Shown here piece after piece: positions 44,085 to 55,900 of a DNA stretch of 64,000 nt. How positions within the stretch are numbered: the first letter of the stretch is position 1; each line of letters starts with the position of its first letter. A program made the translations under genes and the position numbers. The stretch spans positions 434,001 to 498,000 of the forward strand of contig OW569360.1 of assembly GCA_937625935.1 (NCBI GenBank). Direction: 5' to 3'. Below the pieces are notes generated by a model. The model did not search any database. It worked only from the letters and a program-made list of their open reading frames with translations, and was not told the DNA's origin. Source of the stretch: Tetramitus jugosus. Taxonomy: Eukaryota > Protista > Heterolobosea.

Positions 44085-46028
44085 ATGAGAGTAAAAGCTT
44101 CACCGTCATCAGAAGCTCGCAAGAGAGTATTGCCATCTACCACAGCTAAGCAGGCAAATAATAACAAAACATCTCATCATGAGAATCCATCTGCTGATCT
44201 GACCATTCAAAAGGTTGACACGACTGCCTCTTCAAGCAAGTTTTCCTTCCTCAAGTTTTGTTTCCTTGGTTTCTCATTGGTCAATTTCCTGTCTGCTTAT
44301 TTGAACCCCATTTCTGATTGTGATGAAACGTTCAACTATTGGGAACCCACTCATTTGTTACTGTATGGTTCAGGGTTTCAAACATGGGAGTACAGTCCTG
44401 TTTATGCTCTGAGATCATACCTCTATGTGAGCATACATGCATTTCTGGGAAAGCTTACTTCACTTGTTGTTTTTGCTACTGGAGGAGCAGGAGGCTTGCT
44501 ATCGGGACAACAACAGAGCAAGATTCTCGTGTTTTATATGATTCGTGTCTTGTTGGGTCTGTTTTCTGCCGTATGTCAAACTTGGTTGATGAAGGGTGTC
44601 TGGGAACGGTTCGGTAAGAGAATTGGATGGATTACGATGTTGTTTCTCTGCTTTTCAAGCGGCATGTTCAATGCTGTTGCTGGTTTTTTGCCCAGTACGT
44701 TTGCCATGTATTTCTTGACGTTGACCTATGGTTCATGGTTGTCAGTGCCACAGAGCTCTGCTCAACAATTGTTCAAGTACTCCATGTGCATTGCTACGGC
44801 TGGTGCAGCTGTCATTCTCGGTTGGCCATTTTGTTTTGTTTGTGCAATACCTGTTGCAATTGACACACTCATCTACTATGGACTGTGGAAGTCGATTAAG
44901 GGAGCAATCAAGACGTGTGTCGTACTCTTTGGCTTTACAATATATGTTGATCGATTCTTCTATAGGAGATTGTTGATCACACCGCTGAATCTCGTTTTGT
45001 ACAATAAGGGCAGCGGATCAGAGTTGTATGGAGTAGAATCGTGGACTTTTTATTTCAAGAACATGTTCTTGAACTTTAATCTGGTATTTGTACTGGCTTT
45101 GGTGATGCCATTGATCGTTGCTGTTCACTATTTATTGCTGCGATCCAGTGTGTTAGCCAAGAGAAACGCACCAGTCTATGGAATGACACATCTGAGATGC
45201 CTCATCTATGTCTCACCATTCCACATTTGGTTCACCTTTTTCACTACTCTGCCACACAAGGAGGAAAGATTCTTATTTGTTGTGTATCCCCTGTGCTGCG
45301 TCGCTGCTGCCATTGCTCTCGAGTACTTGATCCAAGCAGTAGAGTACCTATGGTTCGGAGACAAGCAAATCTGCACCCAAGAACAACAACCATTGAACAA
45401 GAAGTCGATCGATATTACCACGCTGATAGAACCAACAATGAAGCGCAGTGGACTGGGACGAGTGCTCATGTTCCTCGTGTTGTCTGCAGTGGTCGTACTC
45501 GGTCTTTCCCGCACAATTGCCGTGGTTACCAACTACGGTGCTCCACTGACCGTCTATGCTCAACTGTCACAGTACATTGAGAAGCATGAACCAGCAACGA
45601 AACCGATTCAGATTTGTGTAGGCAAGGAATGGTACCGCTTCCCCAGCAGCTTCTTCCTACCTCGAGACAATGTCAGTCTTCGTTTCCTCAAGAGTGATTT
45701 CTCAGGTCTGTTGCCCAAACCGTACGAGAATGCGATTCCACACGTCTCCGATGCCACTTCGCGCATTCCCACCACAATGAATGACGAAAACAGGGAAGAA
45801 ATGGACAGATATGTCACCATAGATCAGTGTGATTACCTGGTGGATTTAGATCTGGTAGATCAAAAGGAAGAACATTTTGTGGACAAGACGGAAGAATGGG
45901 AGATTGCAGCACAGGAACCATTCTTGGACAACACAAAATCGCCCATGATCACAAGAGCTTTCTACATTCCAACATTGTCAGAGAAGAAAAATACCTATGC
46001 ATCGTACTTGGCACTCAGAAGAAAATAA
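44085..46028 (+). CDS. ALG9: Alpha-1,2-mannosyltransferase (GT22)
   Basis: ISDCDETFNYWEP, QTWEYSPVYALRSY, FLPSTF, PHKEERF, CVGKEWYRFPSSFFLP. Start 44085 or 44022. Confidence 0.96.
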   Translation: MRVKASPSSEARKRVLPSTTAKQANNNKTSHHENPSADLTIQKVDTTASSSKFSFLKFCFLGFSLVNFLSAYLNPISDCDETFNYWEPTHLLLYGSGFQTWEYSPVYALRSYLYVSIHAFLGKLTSLVVFATGGAGGLLSGQQQSKILVFYMIRVLLGLFSAVCQTWLMKGVWERFGKRIGWITMLFLCFSSGMFNAVAGFLPSTFAMYFLTLTYGSWLSVPQSSAQQLFKYSMCIATAGAAVILGWPFCFVCAIPVAIDTLIYYGLWKSIKGAIKTCVVLFGFTIYVDRFFYRRLLITPLNLVLYNKGSGSELYGVESWTFYFKNMFLNFNLVFVLALVMPLIVAVHYLLLRSSVLAKRNAPVYGMTHLRCLIYVSPFHIWFTFFTTLPHKEERFLFVVYPLCCVAAAIALEYLIQAVEYLWFGDKQICTQEQQPLNKKSIDITTLIEPTMKRSGLGRVLMFLVLSAVVVLGLSRTIAVVTNYGAPLTVYAQLSQYIEKHEPATKPIQICVGKEWYRFPSSFFLPRDNVSLRFLKSDFSGLLPKPYENAIPHVSDATSRIPTTMNDENREEMDRYVTIDQCDYLVDLDLVDQKEEHFVDKTEEWEIAAQEPFLDNTKSPMITRAFYIPTLSEKKNTYASYLALRRK

Positions 46029-46122
46029 AGCAATGGATGAATAAAGTTGTTTTTTTCCCAGAACATGTTTACAAGTGAGTTTATTCCAAAAAATGCAACA
46101 TCATCGCCAAAACAATGATAAT

Positions 46123-46502
46123 TTACAATTGAGAAATCTTTTGTGGATAATCTGTGATTCAAAGCTCCTGTTAGTTCTAAACCGTGCCGCATTGGATGAA
46201 CAAAAAAAGTACGTAAAAAAAGCTTACCTTCATCAGGAATTGCCTCATCATTTTCGTAGTCTTCAATCACAATATCGTCGAAAATGTTGTTCTTCTTTCC
46301 TTGCTTTCTTCTGAATCTTTGTTGAGCAAGACACTTTCTCAAAAAATAAGAGTTGAATCCAGCAAATCTCAAGTAGCTGAGACCGGCCTTGTATGTGTTC
46401 TATTGGTGATGGTGATGAGAAGCAATTGAAGTTTGTTAGTTGGTGTTCCTTCCTTCGAGGTCATCATTTTGGGTTCAAAAAAATGATACATACAATATCC
46501 AT
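46123..46502 (-). CDS. Mitochondrial F1 ATP synthase epsilon subunit, 3 exons (46502-46494, 46399-46228, 46151-46123)
   Basis: Spliced product MDINTYKAGLSYLRFAGFNSYFLRKCL...YENDEAIPDEDYPQKISQL*. AGLSY and LRxCL are epsilon hallmarks; both GT-AG introns keep the frame. Confidence 0.8.
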
Positions 46503-46687
46503 CTTGTCGTGAGTGAGTTTGTTTGTGAGATTTTGTTTTTTTCCGTTGAAGCAAGTTGACTTCAATCGGAGAAAAGAATGACCGACAACAAAATCTCATT
46601 GTATGAACAGTCTCGAACTAGTGTTGCTGGCTGTGGGTTGAGTGCTACTGATGTTGTTACTTGTAAGTAAACTAAGTTGATTTTTAT

Positions 46688-49546
46688 TCAATCATTCCTC
46701 TCATCAAAGGGAAAATTGGTCTCCAAGAAAGTCTTCAATTCGACATAGTTAGCTCGAAGCAGATATTCATTCACCAAAATTGTCTCCAACGTCTCATGCA
46801 CGACCTTTGTGCTGCTATCGCCCTTTGTCTTATCGAAGAATGCCTTCACTTCATCGTACTTTGTCTTGGTGGCGAAACGAGAAGTGATGCCAGGTATCAG
46901 ACCGTAGTAAGCCACAACTCGCTTATTCACCTTTTGTACGAGTGAATCGTAGTACTCACGCACAAACTCCCATGCCATCAAAGTTCCAAATGGATTGTTA
47001 CCTACTTCCCGAATTAAATAAATGGTTTCTTGCGAGGTCTGAACTAATTTGTTCAAACTGAACTCAAGTGTGTTCTTCAACAGAGAAGGCTGACTGGTCC
47101 AAGCGAGTGCATACAGGCAAGTGGTGATTTCTGATGAGTCAGCAGTATTCACAGCATGAATATACTTGGCCAACATCTGATAATATCCCTTCTCTCCAGT
47201 GTGACCTACAAAAGTCTTATAGATGGTAGAACGAATCTTGACGTCATATGTTGCGGCAGTAGTACTAGAGTTTTGCATTGCATAAAATAGTTCAACAGCA
47301 GCATTCACAGCCTTGGCCATACCATATTTGGTTGCAGCAGACAAAATACTGACTCTCAATTGTTTTTCATTTTCTGTATCAGATGCACGTACTTCCCATC
47401 CAAGTTCCTCATACTTCTCTTCGATCAGATCGAGTACCAATCGTTTAAAGTTTTCATATATTGGTTCATGAGCAATCAAGGATCCAATCTTGTCCAAATA
47501 ACTTAAGACAGTACTCCACACAACATAACTGTGTTCTGCTTCAATAGCTGGAATTAATCTGAGAGCATCAGCAAGTTTAAGGTGACCAGAAAAGCTCAGT
47601 GCGAACAAATCGTCCACGAGACCAAATCTGTCCGATGTAGATAGATGTGCATTATCATTCTTAATTTGTTTGAAGAGTTCCTCCCAGATATTCTTTGGAT
47701 AGTTGACTCTGTAGAATGCAGTTTGGTTATTGTTCAGCTTGATCCATTCACTTGATCCTGCAGCTACTTCCAACGATGCGGCAGTCATGTCGTACCTTTT
47801 GACAGCACCATTGCTCGATTTAATAGTAACAGGGATCCACCAGATTGTGTTTTCCACGGTTTCATTCTTCGGTTGTCTAGAGAAGAAGCGGCTCTGTTCC
47901 AATCGGAGAGATCCGCTTGCTCCCTGCTTGACTTCAACAACCGGGAATCCAGGCTTATATGCCCATGCAGACACCAGGTCAACATGAGCACTCAAAATAT
48001 TGCTTGCTTTCATCACTTCAAATAACTCGGAGGTTTCAGCACTCGAATATTGATATTTGTTGAAGTAAGATCTCATCCATAATCTGAACTTTTCAGCACC
48101 GATAGCATTATACATCATGTATAAAATGGCACCTCCCTTCTCGTACGTGATCTTGTCAAACACAGCATATACCTCATCTGGAGAGTTTGCACTGTTCACA
48201 ATGGCATGGCTTGTTGGAAGAGCATCTGTTACGAATGCATGTTGGAAGGAGTTGATTAACTTTGTCTGCCATCTGTTGAACTGTGGTCGTACAGCATCCA
48301 ATGAAAAGGTTTCAAAGAATGTTGCGAATCCTTCATTTAGCCACAAATCACTCCACCATTTGCATGTGACCAGGTCACCAGTCCATTGATGCGCAACCTC
48401 ATGAGCAACTACTTCGGCATTGTCTGCCGCCTGGATCATGGTCGTAGCATTATCTACTATGAGAATAGCTGGATTAAAAGTAAGAAGTCCCATATTCTCC
48501 ATAGCTCCTCTAAAGTCTGGAATACCGATCAAATCCATCTTTGGCAAAGGGAATTTGATGCCAAAGTAGTTGTTAAGGAATCTGGTGACATTGCAGGCGA
48601 TATCTAGCTGGAATCGACCTGTTTCAACCGTACCTGGCAACAAATAAACTCGAATTCTTAACTCATCCTCCATAGCCTCGATAAAATCATATTCACCAAC
48701 TACAAATGCCGTGAAATAGGTGGACATGAGAGGGGAGGTCTCAAATTGGTAGAAAACGGTTCCATCGCCCAAAACCTTTCGACTTGATTCTGGCATATTG
48801 GTTAGAGCTTTCATTTTAGGGAATGCAGCGTCGTGAGCCGTCACCAAAATACTCACAGTAAAGTTTGCTTTCAATTCCGGTTCGTCAAAACAAGGGAAAG
48901 CATATCGAGCATCCTCTGATTCAAATTGAGTGGCGGCCACATACTTTGTTTCACCATTGGCATTCACATATGATCTCTGATAGAATCCTCTCATCTCTGT
49001 TCTCAATGCTGCGCTATATTCGATTTGAAGCTCATAATATCCACCAGAGCGCAACAATTCATTCAATTTAAGAGTCACCTTATTGTACTCGGTGTCCTTC
49101 TCCACGGATTGAACCGAAATTTTTCTTACTGACGAAGCAGATGCCACATGGAGCAAAATAATATTTGTCTTTTCAAACTTCAAGTCCTCTGCGTTGAACA
49201 CGACGCACCTCGTATCAGTTTTCACCTCAAAACTCATCTTGACTGTTCCACCAAAATTCAAAGTCTTTAGATCAGGTCTCAATTGAATGTCATAGTGCAA
49301 CGGTTTCACGATATTCAACGGCAGTCGATACGGTGTCAATGGATGACTCACGACACATGTATTCAATGATCTGTACCTTGATTGAATGCTCACTGCACCG
49401 ACAATCAGAGAAGTCAACAGTAATAGACCAATGAAACCTAATCCCACATAGAAAAAGAGGTTCATTCGACGTGAGCTTTCCACAGGTTTTGAGTGGTTCA
49501 TGTCATGATGATGTTGCATCAGTTCTTCATCGTCTACACCATCCAT
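46688..49546 (-). CDS. M1 family aminopeptidase N-like, type II membrane anchor
   Basis: TQFE..AR.AFPCFDEP, GAMEN, HEVAHQW..WLNEGFA, YEKG, ERAP1_C-like tail. Confidence 0.96.
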   Translation of the reverse strand: MDGVDDEELMQHHHDMNHSKPVESSRRMNLFFYVGLGFIGLLLLTSLIVGAVSIQSRYRSLNTCVVSHPLTPYRLPLNIVKPLHYDIQLRPDLKTLNFGGTVKMSFEVKTDTRCVVFNAEDLKFEKTNIILLHVASASSVRKISVQSVEKDTEYNKVTLKLNELLRSGGYYELQIEYSAALRTEMRGFYQRSYVNANGETKYVAATQFESEDARYAFPCFDEPELKANFTVSILVTAHDAAFPKMKALTNMPESSRKVLGDGTVFYQFETSPLMSTYFTAFVVGEYDFIEAMEDELRIRVYLLPGTVETGRFQLDIACNVTRFLNNYFGIKFPLPKMDLIGIPDFRGAMENMGLLTFNPAILIVDNATTMIQAADNAEVVAHEVAHQWTGDLVTCKWWSDLWLNEGFATFFETFSLDAVRPQFNRWQTKLINSFQHAFVTDALPTSHAIVNSANSPDEVYAVFDKITYEKGGAILYMMYNAIGAEKFRLWMRSYFNKYQYSSAETSELFEVMKASNILSAHVDLVSAWAYKPGFPVVEVKQGASGSLRLEQSRFFSRQPKNETVENTIWWIPVTIKSSNGAVKRYDMTAASLEVAAGSSEWIKLNNNQTAFYRVNYPKNIWEELFKQIKNDNAHLSTSDRFGLVDDLFALSFSGHLKLADALRLIPAIEAEHSYVVWSTVLSYLDKIGSLIAHEPIYENFKRLVLDLIEEKYEELGWEVRASDTENEKQLRVSILSAATKYGMAKAVNAAVELFYAMQNSSTTAATYDVKIRSTIYKTFVGHTGEKGYYQMLAKYIHAVNTADSSEITTCLYALAWTSQPSLLKNTLEFSLNKLVQTSQETIYLIREVGNNPFGTLMAWEFVREYYDSLVQKVNKRVVAYYGLIPGITSRFATKTKYDEVKAFFDKTKGDSSTKVVHETLETILVNEYLLRANYVELKTFLETNFPFDERND

Positions 49547-49807
49547 TGCTTTGTATATCTTCTCTCACTCAAAACTTGTTGTTATTTGCTTGTGTGAAAC
49601 AGAGATGTGAACACTTTATGGAGTCTTCCAGGAAAACACGTGAATTCCCTCCTGGGTTGATTTCTCCGTTTGATTGGGATAATCTTTTTGGGAGTCAAGA
49701 TCGGGAGGCAAGGAATACAAATCGCTCCCTTCGACATTTGGCCTTGAGCAAATTTAAGTGTGAGTTGGAATCCACTTTATTGGCGATCGTCACTCATGCA
49801 AGGTTGA

Positions 49808-51535
49808 TCATATGTCATTGCTATTTTGAATTGTATGTTGTTGCATGAGTGCTATTGAATTGAGCAACTCATTGGCTTGTTGCTGTAGATCCGAGGGCAG
49901 TTGCCATTGAGTTATCGGATCACTGATTTCCTTCCAATTTTGCTCGACGTTGTTTGTTGTGCTAGATGATGATGATATAGTATGATGCAAACAGTTCAAT
50001 AGTACTTGCAGTACTTGCGAAAAAGTAGGATCCACTTCGTCTTCCTTGTTCAGATCCAACTGACGCGGCTGTTGCTGATAAGAATAATCATGATTCAATA
50101 TATCATGTTCATATTGACTCTGGTAGTACCAATCTATCCAAACTGATGCAATGGCAACGAAATACAATGCAGCATAATAGTATTGTTGTCTCTGATATAA
50201 AAATTGGCCACGATAATAGGGCGAATCAGGAGAGTATTCATCCAGAGCTTCTCTCTTTGCATCTTCCATGTTCTCTGTGCCAGACAGTTCCCGTTTCATT
50301 TTCTGATAAATAGAAAGATAGTCATGTTGTTCCTTCATGACTTGTTCATATTCATAATCTTCTCCAAAACATGGTTTTCCATAGAGTGCTATCGCATCGT
50401 TCGTTCCAAACTCTGAAATACTCAATTTCGTTTCTAAGCAATACTTTGTGAATCGATAGAACTCAATTTCACATATCTCATTCCCTGCATATCTATAGTC
50501 AAACTTGAGTCTGACTCGAAATTGACTGTAGTTGAATGAGGTAGGTAACGAAGAAGATTGTTCATCAATAGGACAGTCTTTTGCTGCTATCAGTGACCAA
50601 GTACCTTGAAGGCTCGTATCTGAAGGTGTTTCACCTCTCCGATCCTCCATCGTAATGAGAAAAGTGGGAACTGGTAAATAATCATCAGTGTCATTACTAA
50701 CAGTACTACTCATTTGAGTTGCTTTTGATGCTTCTTGTTCTTCATCTTCTCTTTTCTCGTCTTCTTCTTTGTCGAACGTATCCTCATCTGCTGCCTGTAA
50801 GATGGTATCCAAATTATGACTTTCGCTCCAATCAATGTGACTCACGACTTCATTTTGACTACTTCCATCACTCAGTTTCAAATAATAGCACACATACGCA
50901 TTCGCATTCTCTGTTGCATCCCCATCATCAGTATTCACTGCCACAATCGCATCATCTCCCTCTTCATTGTCATATTGACATCCACTTGTGTACTCTCCCA
51001 CAAAATACCGTTGCAACAACTGAAATTGTTCTCGATTTGTCTTCTCGTTGATCACCATTGGAAATGAATCAATTTTGTGGGTTTGACAACCACCTTGATG
51101 CATTAACAAATCAGCAGCAGAAGCATTCATAATCTTCTCATGTTCATACAGTCTCCGAGACAACTGAGGTTTCGTACCCGACACCTTGAGCTCATACTTT
51201 GCACACATGGCCCTCAATTCATTCGTTTTGAATTTCTCCGACAATTCTTTGACTCGATTCTCCATTTCAACATTGTTTTGTTGTTCAATCATCCATTGAT
51301 TTTGATTCTGATTGTTGTTGTTGGTAGTGTTGTGATGAAATTTTGGTTTCTTCCAAGAAGATCGATTCTGATTGTTGTGTGATTGGAGATGGTTTGCATT
51401 TCTTCTCTTTCGATCTCTTGTTGTTGTTGATGATGATGAAGAGGAGGATGATGAAGATGGATGAAAGCTTCGAGTATTGTTTTTTGATCGGTATCTGCCT
51501 CGTTGGTTAGAGTGTTGCTTGTTGTGTCTCTCCAT
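49808..51535 (-). CDS. SAP-domain protein
   Basis: FKTNELRAMCAKYELKVSGTKPQLSRRL. Confidence 0.75.
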   Translation of the reverse strand: MERHNKQHSNQRGRYRSKNNTRSFHPSSSSSSSSSSTTTRDRKRRNANHLQSHNNQNRSSWKKPKFHHNTTNNNNQNQNQWMIEQQNNVEMENRVKELSEKFKTNELRAMCAKYELKVSGTKPQLSRRLYEHEKIMNASAADLLMHQGGCQTHKIDSFPMVINEKTNREQFQLLQRYFVGEYTSGCQYDNEEGDDAIVAVNTDDGDATENANAYVCYYLKLSDGSSQNEVVSHIDWSESHNLDTILQAADEDTFDKEEDEKREDEEQEASKATQMSSTVSNDTDDYLPVPTFLITMEDRRGETPSDTSLQGTWSLIAAKDCPIDEQSSSLPTSFNYSQFRVRLKFDYRYAGNEICEIEFYRFTKYCLETKLSISEFGTNDAIALYGKPCFGEDYEYEQVMKEQHDYLSIYQKMKRELSGTENMEDAKREALDEYSPDSPYYRGQFLYQRQQYYYAALYFVAIASVWIDWYYQSQYEHDILNHDYSYQQQPRQLDLNKEDEVDPTFSQVLQVLLNCLHHTISSSSSTTNNVEQNWKEISDPITQWQLPSDLQQQANELLNSIALMQQHTIQNSNDI

Positions 51536-51697
51536 CTATCTCTTGTGTTTTCTCTGCTTGTTGTTTCCGGATCAAACAATGCTTGAGAGCGGAGTAGCTC
51601 AAATTGGAGAGTAGTCGGCGTTTTGTTGTGGTGTCGGCCGATGTCAAACACCGAAAAAAGAACAAACAATCTGAGATATCTCCTGACACCACCTATT

Positions 51698-52462
51698 ATG
51701 ACAAAGTTTTCCCTGTCATCACTCGGACACATGTCTGTTTTTGTAGTCTTTTGTTGTGCTCTGTTGTTGTTCACTGGATGTGCAGTGAGAGCTTCATCAC
51801 TCAACATCAAGAGAGTTCATCTCATTGATTTTAACACGACTACTCAGCACTATCTGTTTAGAGGTAACTTCCCAGGCGATAGTCACTCATTCTCCTACGA
51901 TTTGTTGATGGAGTACGTGAGATCTCGTGCGCAAGGCGAAGCGGGTATCACATTGCCTGAAAAGTTGCGATTGGTTGATATTTCCCTGTTGCAAGATTTG
52001 ATTAACCGATCTGAGCTCAAAATTGAGAGAGACTTCTTTGAGAAGAATGCTCATGTCGGTAGATTTGTTCATTGGACAGTCATTGGACATCCGATCAATG
52101 CGTCTTCGCTGAGTGAAGGTGTCAGAAAGAAGATGGCTCTGTACACTCCAGATTGGGACTTGGAGGATAAGTTGGTTGATCGTATTGACAAGTTACACTC
52201 TTGGGTCCACACTCTATCAGCGGACGACGTTCCAACGGTATACTACGTTCACTGTTCTGCTGGTGTAGATAGAACGGGTGAAGTTTCTGGTTCCTACTAC
52301 ATGCGTCACTTAAAATGGACATGGATGAAAGCTTTGCAATACGATTACCAAGTAGAACCGCGACCCATCAACAAGTGGAACCAAAATGCAATGAACTGGT
52401 ATTGCTGGTGGATGTATTACAACGGTAACGGACCAGTCGATTGTGGCCTCGGATTAAATTAA
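51698..52462 (+). CDS. Cys-based (PTP/DSP-like) phosphatase with signal peptide
   Basis: YVHCSAGVDRTG (CX5R); hydrophobic N-terminus. Confidence 0.85.
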   Translation: MTKFSLSSLGHMSVFVVFCCALLLFTGCAVRASSLNIKRVHLIDFNTTTQHYLFRGNFPGDSHSFSYDLLMEYVRSRAQGEAGITLPEKLRLVDISLLQDLINRSELKIERDFFEKNAHVGRFVHWTVIGHPINASSLSEGVRKKMALYTPDWDLEDKLVDRIDKLHSWVHTLSADDVPTVYYVHCSAGVDRTGEVSGSYYMRHLKWTWMKALQYDYQVEPRPINKWNQNAMNWYCWWMYYNGNGPVDCGLGLN

Positions 52463-52903
52463 TTTCCAATAGTAGTGAATGCCAAGGCGGGTAACTTTTG
52501 ATCGAATCTCCCTGGTTACTTACCTATCACAGAGCTGTAAAGACATCATGCCGCGTTCGACTTTCCAAAAAATCGTGCCATCTTCTTCTTGCTTCAATGT
52601 GAACCTGGAAGTAGTTGTTCCCCCAAAAATCCAACGATGATTTCACAAGTTGGGAGAGATTCGTTCCGGATTATGGCGAACTCCGCTGCAAAAACGTTTT
52701 TTTAGTGATGACGGATGACGTTTGATAAACGACAGTCACTCCTAGTAGAGGCAACAAGGCGCCCAGCGTTCACAAAACCCAACTCTTCACACACATCGTG
52801 GTTGTTCTGCTCATCTTCCTTCCACCACCTAAAAAGAAAACAAACCAACTTCTACTTCTGCTGTAACACTATCACCACCTAAATCATACTTCTATCAAAG
52901 AAC

Positions 52904-55900
52904 ATGTTTAGCAGAAGAACTTCTTCTTCGATAGCAACTGCGCTCCTCTCAGCAGTTGTTTGTCTCGTCTTTTTGCTTGGTATGTACTCACACAACAACA
53001 ACATTTCATTTTTGGTAGTGGTGCTATCATTCACCACACTTTATTTTTTCTCTTTATGACATCCAAACAAGCAAACTAACACTGTTCATCATCACACATT
53101 CTTTTTTTCTTGTTGCATTAAACCCAATTCCCCCTGGTATATACATCACATCTCCCCGTGAATGTAAATGTATCCCCTTAATGTGACTTCACACATTGGT
53201 ACTACGACTACAAATCCAAATAGTTGTTACTCCATCGACACAAGGTGCAGCGACTGAATATTTTAAATTTACCGATTTTGCTCTCGGTTCCTCCTTTGTC
53301 TGCTCTATTACAAAGTACAATGGTAAGGTGCTTTGCTGGGGAGGTACTAACCTCGGTGACCTCAACAACGTTCCATCCTACAATGGAACATACAAGTCTG
53401 TTGCTGCAGGTAATGCTCATGCTTGTGCCATCAAGAGTGATGACACTGTTGTCTGTTGGGGAAGCACAACTGCTTCGTCCTCTGGTCCAGAGATTACAGG
53501 CCCAAATGCCTACACTGGAAAGGTGAAGGCTGTTGCTACAGGTTACGATCACACTTGTGTCATCAAGAGTGATGAAACGGTAGCTTGTTTTAGTCCTAGG
53601 GCAAATGATATTGCGATTCCACCTGATGTGACCACTGTTTGGGCCATCTCTGCAGGTACAGATTACACATGTGTCATCAGAAAGACACAACGTGACATCA
53701 GGTGCTGGGGTACTGTCTTGAGCGAAATGCCACAAGAGACCAACATGGATTCATTGTCTGCTGGTGGTCAACACGCTTGTGCATTGAACTCTACTGGAAG
53801 CGCATTCTGTTGGGGTCTTGACACTGAAATTGTTTTGGAGCCAAATGGCTACGCAGGTCCAATTTTATCCATTAGTGCTGGTATTGGTTCCACTTGTTTG
53901 ATTGATGCCACCACCAAGGAAGGAGTCTGCTATGGTCCAAACCCAGAACCAGACGTTGTGAACTTTCCAACCTATTTGTCCTTGAAGACATCCACTGATT
54001 TTTCATGTGGTATCATTGATGATTCCACCATGGTTTGCGGCGGCTCCAACACTTACGGTCAAACCGCTATTCCTTTGCCATCCACGTGTGGTGGTGTTTC
54101 ACAGACTGACCCTACTGTCTGCTCTACTCACGGTTACTGCCACTCCAATGGAACATGTATGTGTAATGATGGCTTCGGTGGCGACACTTGCTCTCTCTTC
54201 ACTTGCTTCGGATATGACCAAAACAACAACCTTACTTGTAATGGCAATGGTAACTGTACTGCTGTCGACGTATGTCAGTGTGCTGATGGTTATACTGGAC
54301 ATGATTGCGAGCAATTCACTTGCTTTGGTCTAGGAGAGGCCGACGGTGCTGTTTGCAGTGGTCATGGTGCTTGTAATGGTCCAAACTATTGCGTCTGTAT
54401 CGGTGAATATTATGGTAGCGAGTGTGAGTTGTTCGATTGCTATGATCATCTGTTCAACTCTTCACAAGCGTGTAGCAATCACGGTACCTGTATTGACTAC
54501 AATAACTGTACCTGTGATAATTCCCATGGTGGACACAACTGTTCACTTCCAAAATGCTACGGTGTCTTGGCTGGTGCCTCTGGTGTCTGTAGCGGACACG
54601 GTAGCTGTGACGCACCAGACATGTGTACCTGTGTCGACGGTTTCTATGGATCAAAGTGTAATCTGCCTTATCCTGTTGCATCTATTGCAGCTTCCGAGTA
54701 CGTTTCAAGTTGTGGCGACATCAAGATTGATGGTTCTCAAAGTTATACTACTGTTGGAACTAAATTGACGTACTTGTGGTCCTCTATTTACCTCGCTAAT
54801 GCCACAATTGCTCAAAACTTGAACAATTACTTGAATACTCAAAACAAGCCAATCATCTCTGTTCCAGTCAACTACTTGCCACCATCCGGTGGAGTTGTTA
54901 CTGTTCAATTGATTGTTAAGAACCAAGACGATCAGACTTCTCATGCCGTAACTACATCTGTCTCATTCAGCAATACTGTCACAAAGTCCATCAGTGCCAA
55001 TATTATTGGCGCAGCTGTTCAAACAACCATGAGATCTCGTGGTATCACTTTGTCTGGATATGCCTCGTTCCCTACATGTCTTACTCAACGTCCAACTCTG
55101 ACTTATACATGGAAGGAGGGCTCCGCTACAGTTGGTACTGGCCCTGATTTGGTGTTCGGTTCCAATAGTTTGGTTGCTGGTACTCATACCTACCAATTGG
55201 TCATCAGTAATAGCGTTGATGCTAATGTAGCTTCTGCAGAAGTGACAGTTGAAGTCACTTCCAGCAAGCTTGTTGCTGTAATTGCTGGAGGTGATAGGCT
55301 AGTTGCACGATCCAGCGCAGTCGAATTGGATGCCTCCGGCAGTTATGATCCAGATAAGGCAGGTGAGCCTACTCAATTCGCATGGTCGTGCACAGGAAGC
55401 TGTAGTTCATTGCAAGCATTGTTGAGCACCACTACCGGCAAGCTCGCCATTCCTGCAAACATTTTGACCAACTCTGCTTCTTATTCCCTGTGCGTCACAT
55501 ACAGCACCGTTTCAAGATCTAGCAAGACATGCACCAGTCTTCAAGTTTCAAGTGGAACTGTCAGCATCATTGATGTTTCTATGACGAAGACAAACCCAGT
55601 CATCACACGCAAGCCTCGTGTTGGTTCTCTCCCTGATTCTGTTAGATTCGAGACGACTATTGCCCCTGCGTACTCTGCTGCTACTGATGTTACATGCACA
55701 TGGGCCTTGGACGGCACAACTGTTACATCAAGTAATGGTGTTGCAACAAGAAACTCCCTCGCTCTTTTCACTGAGAGCCTCGTAGAAGGGAAGACCTATA
55801 CTCTGAGATTCAAGTGCGACAAGAGTGACAGTACTGCTTCTGGATGGGCCTCTACCGAGTTCACTGTCAACACACCACCTTCATCTGGTTCCGCTATTGC

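Noticed and set aside
45995-46599. ORF-track proteins 45995-46372 and 46369-46599 overlapping ALG9
   Set aside because: Explained by the spliced ATP synthase epsilon gene.
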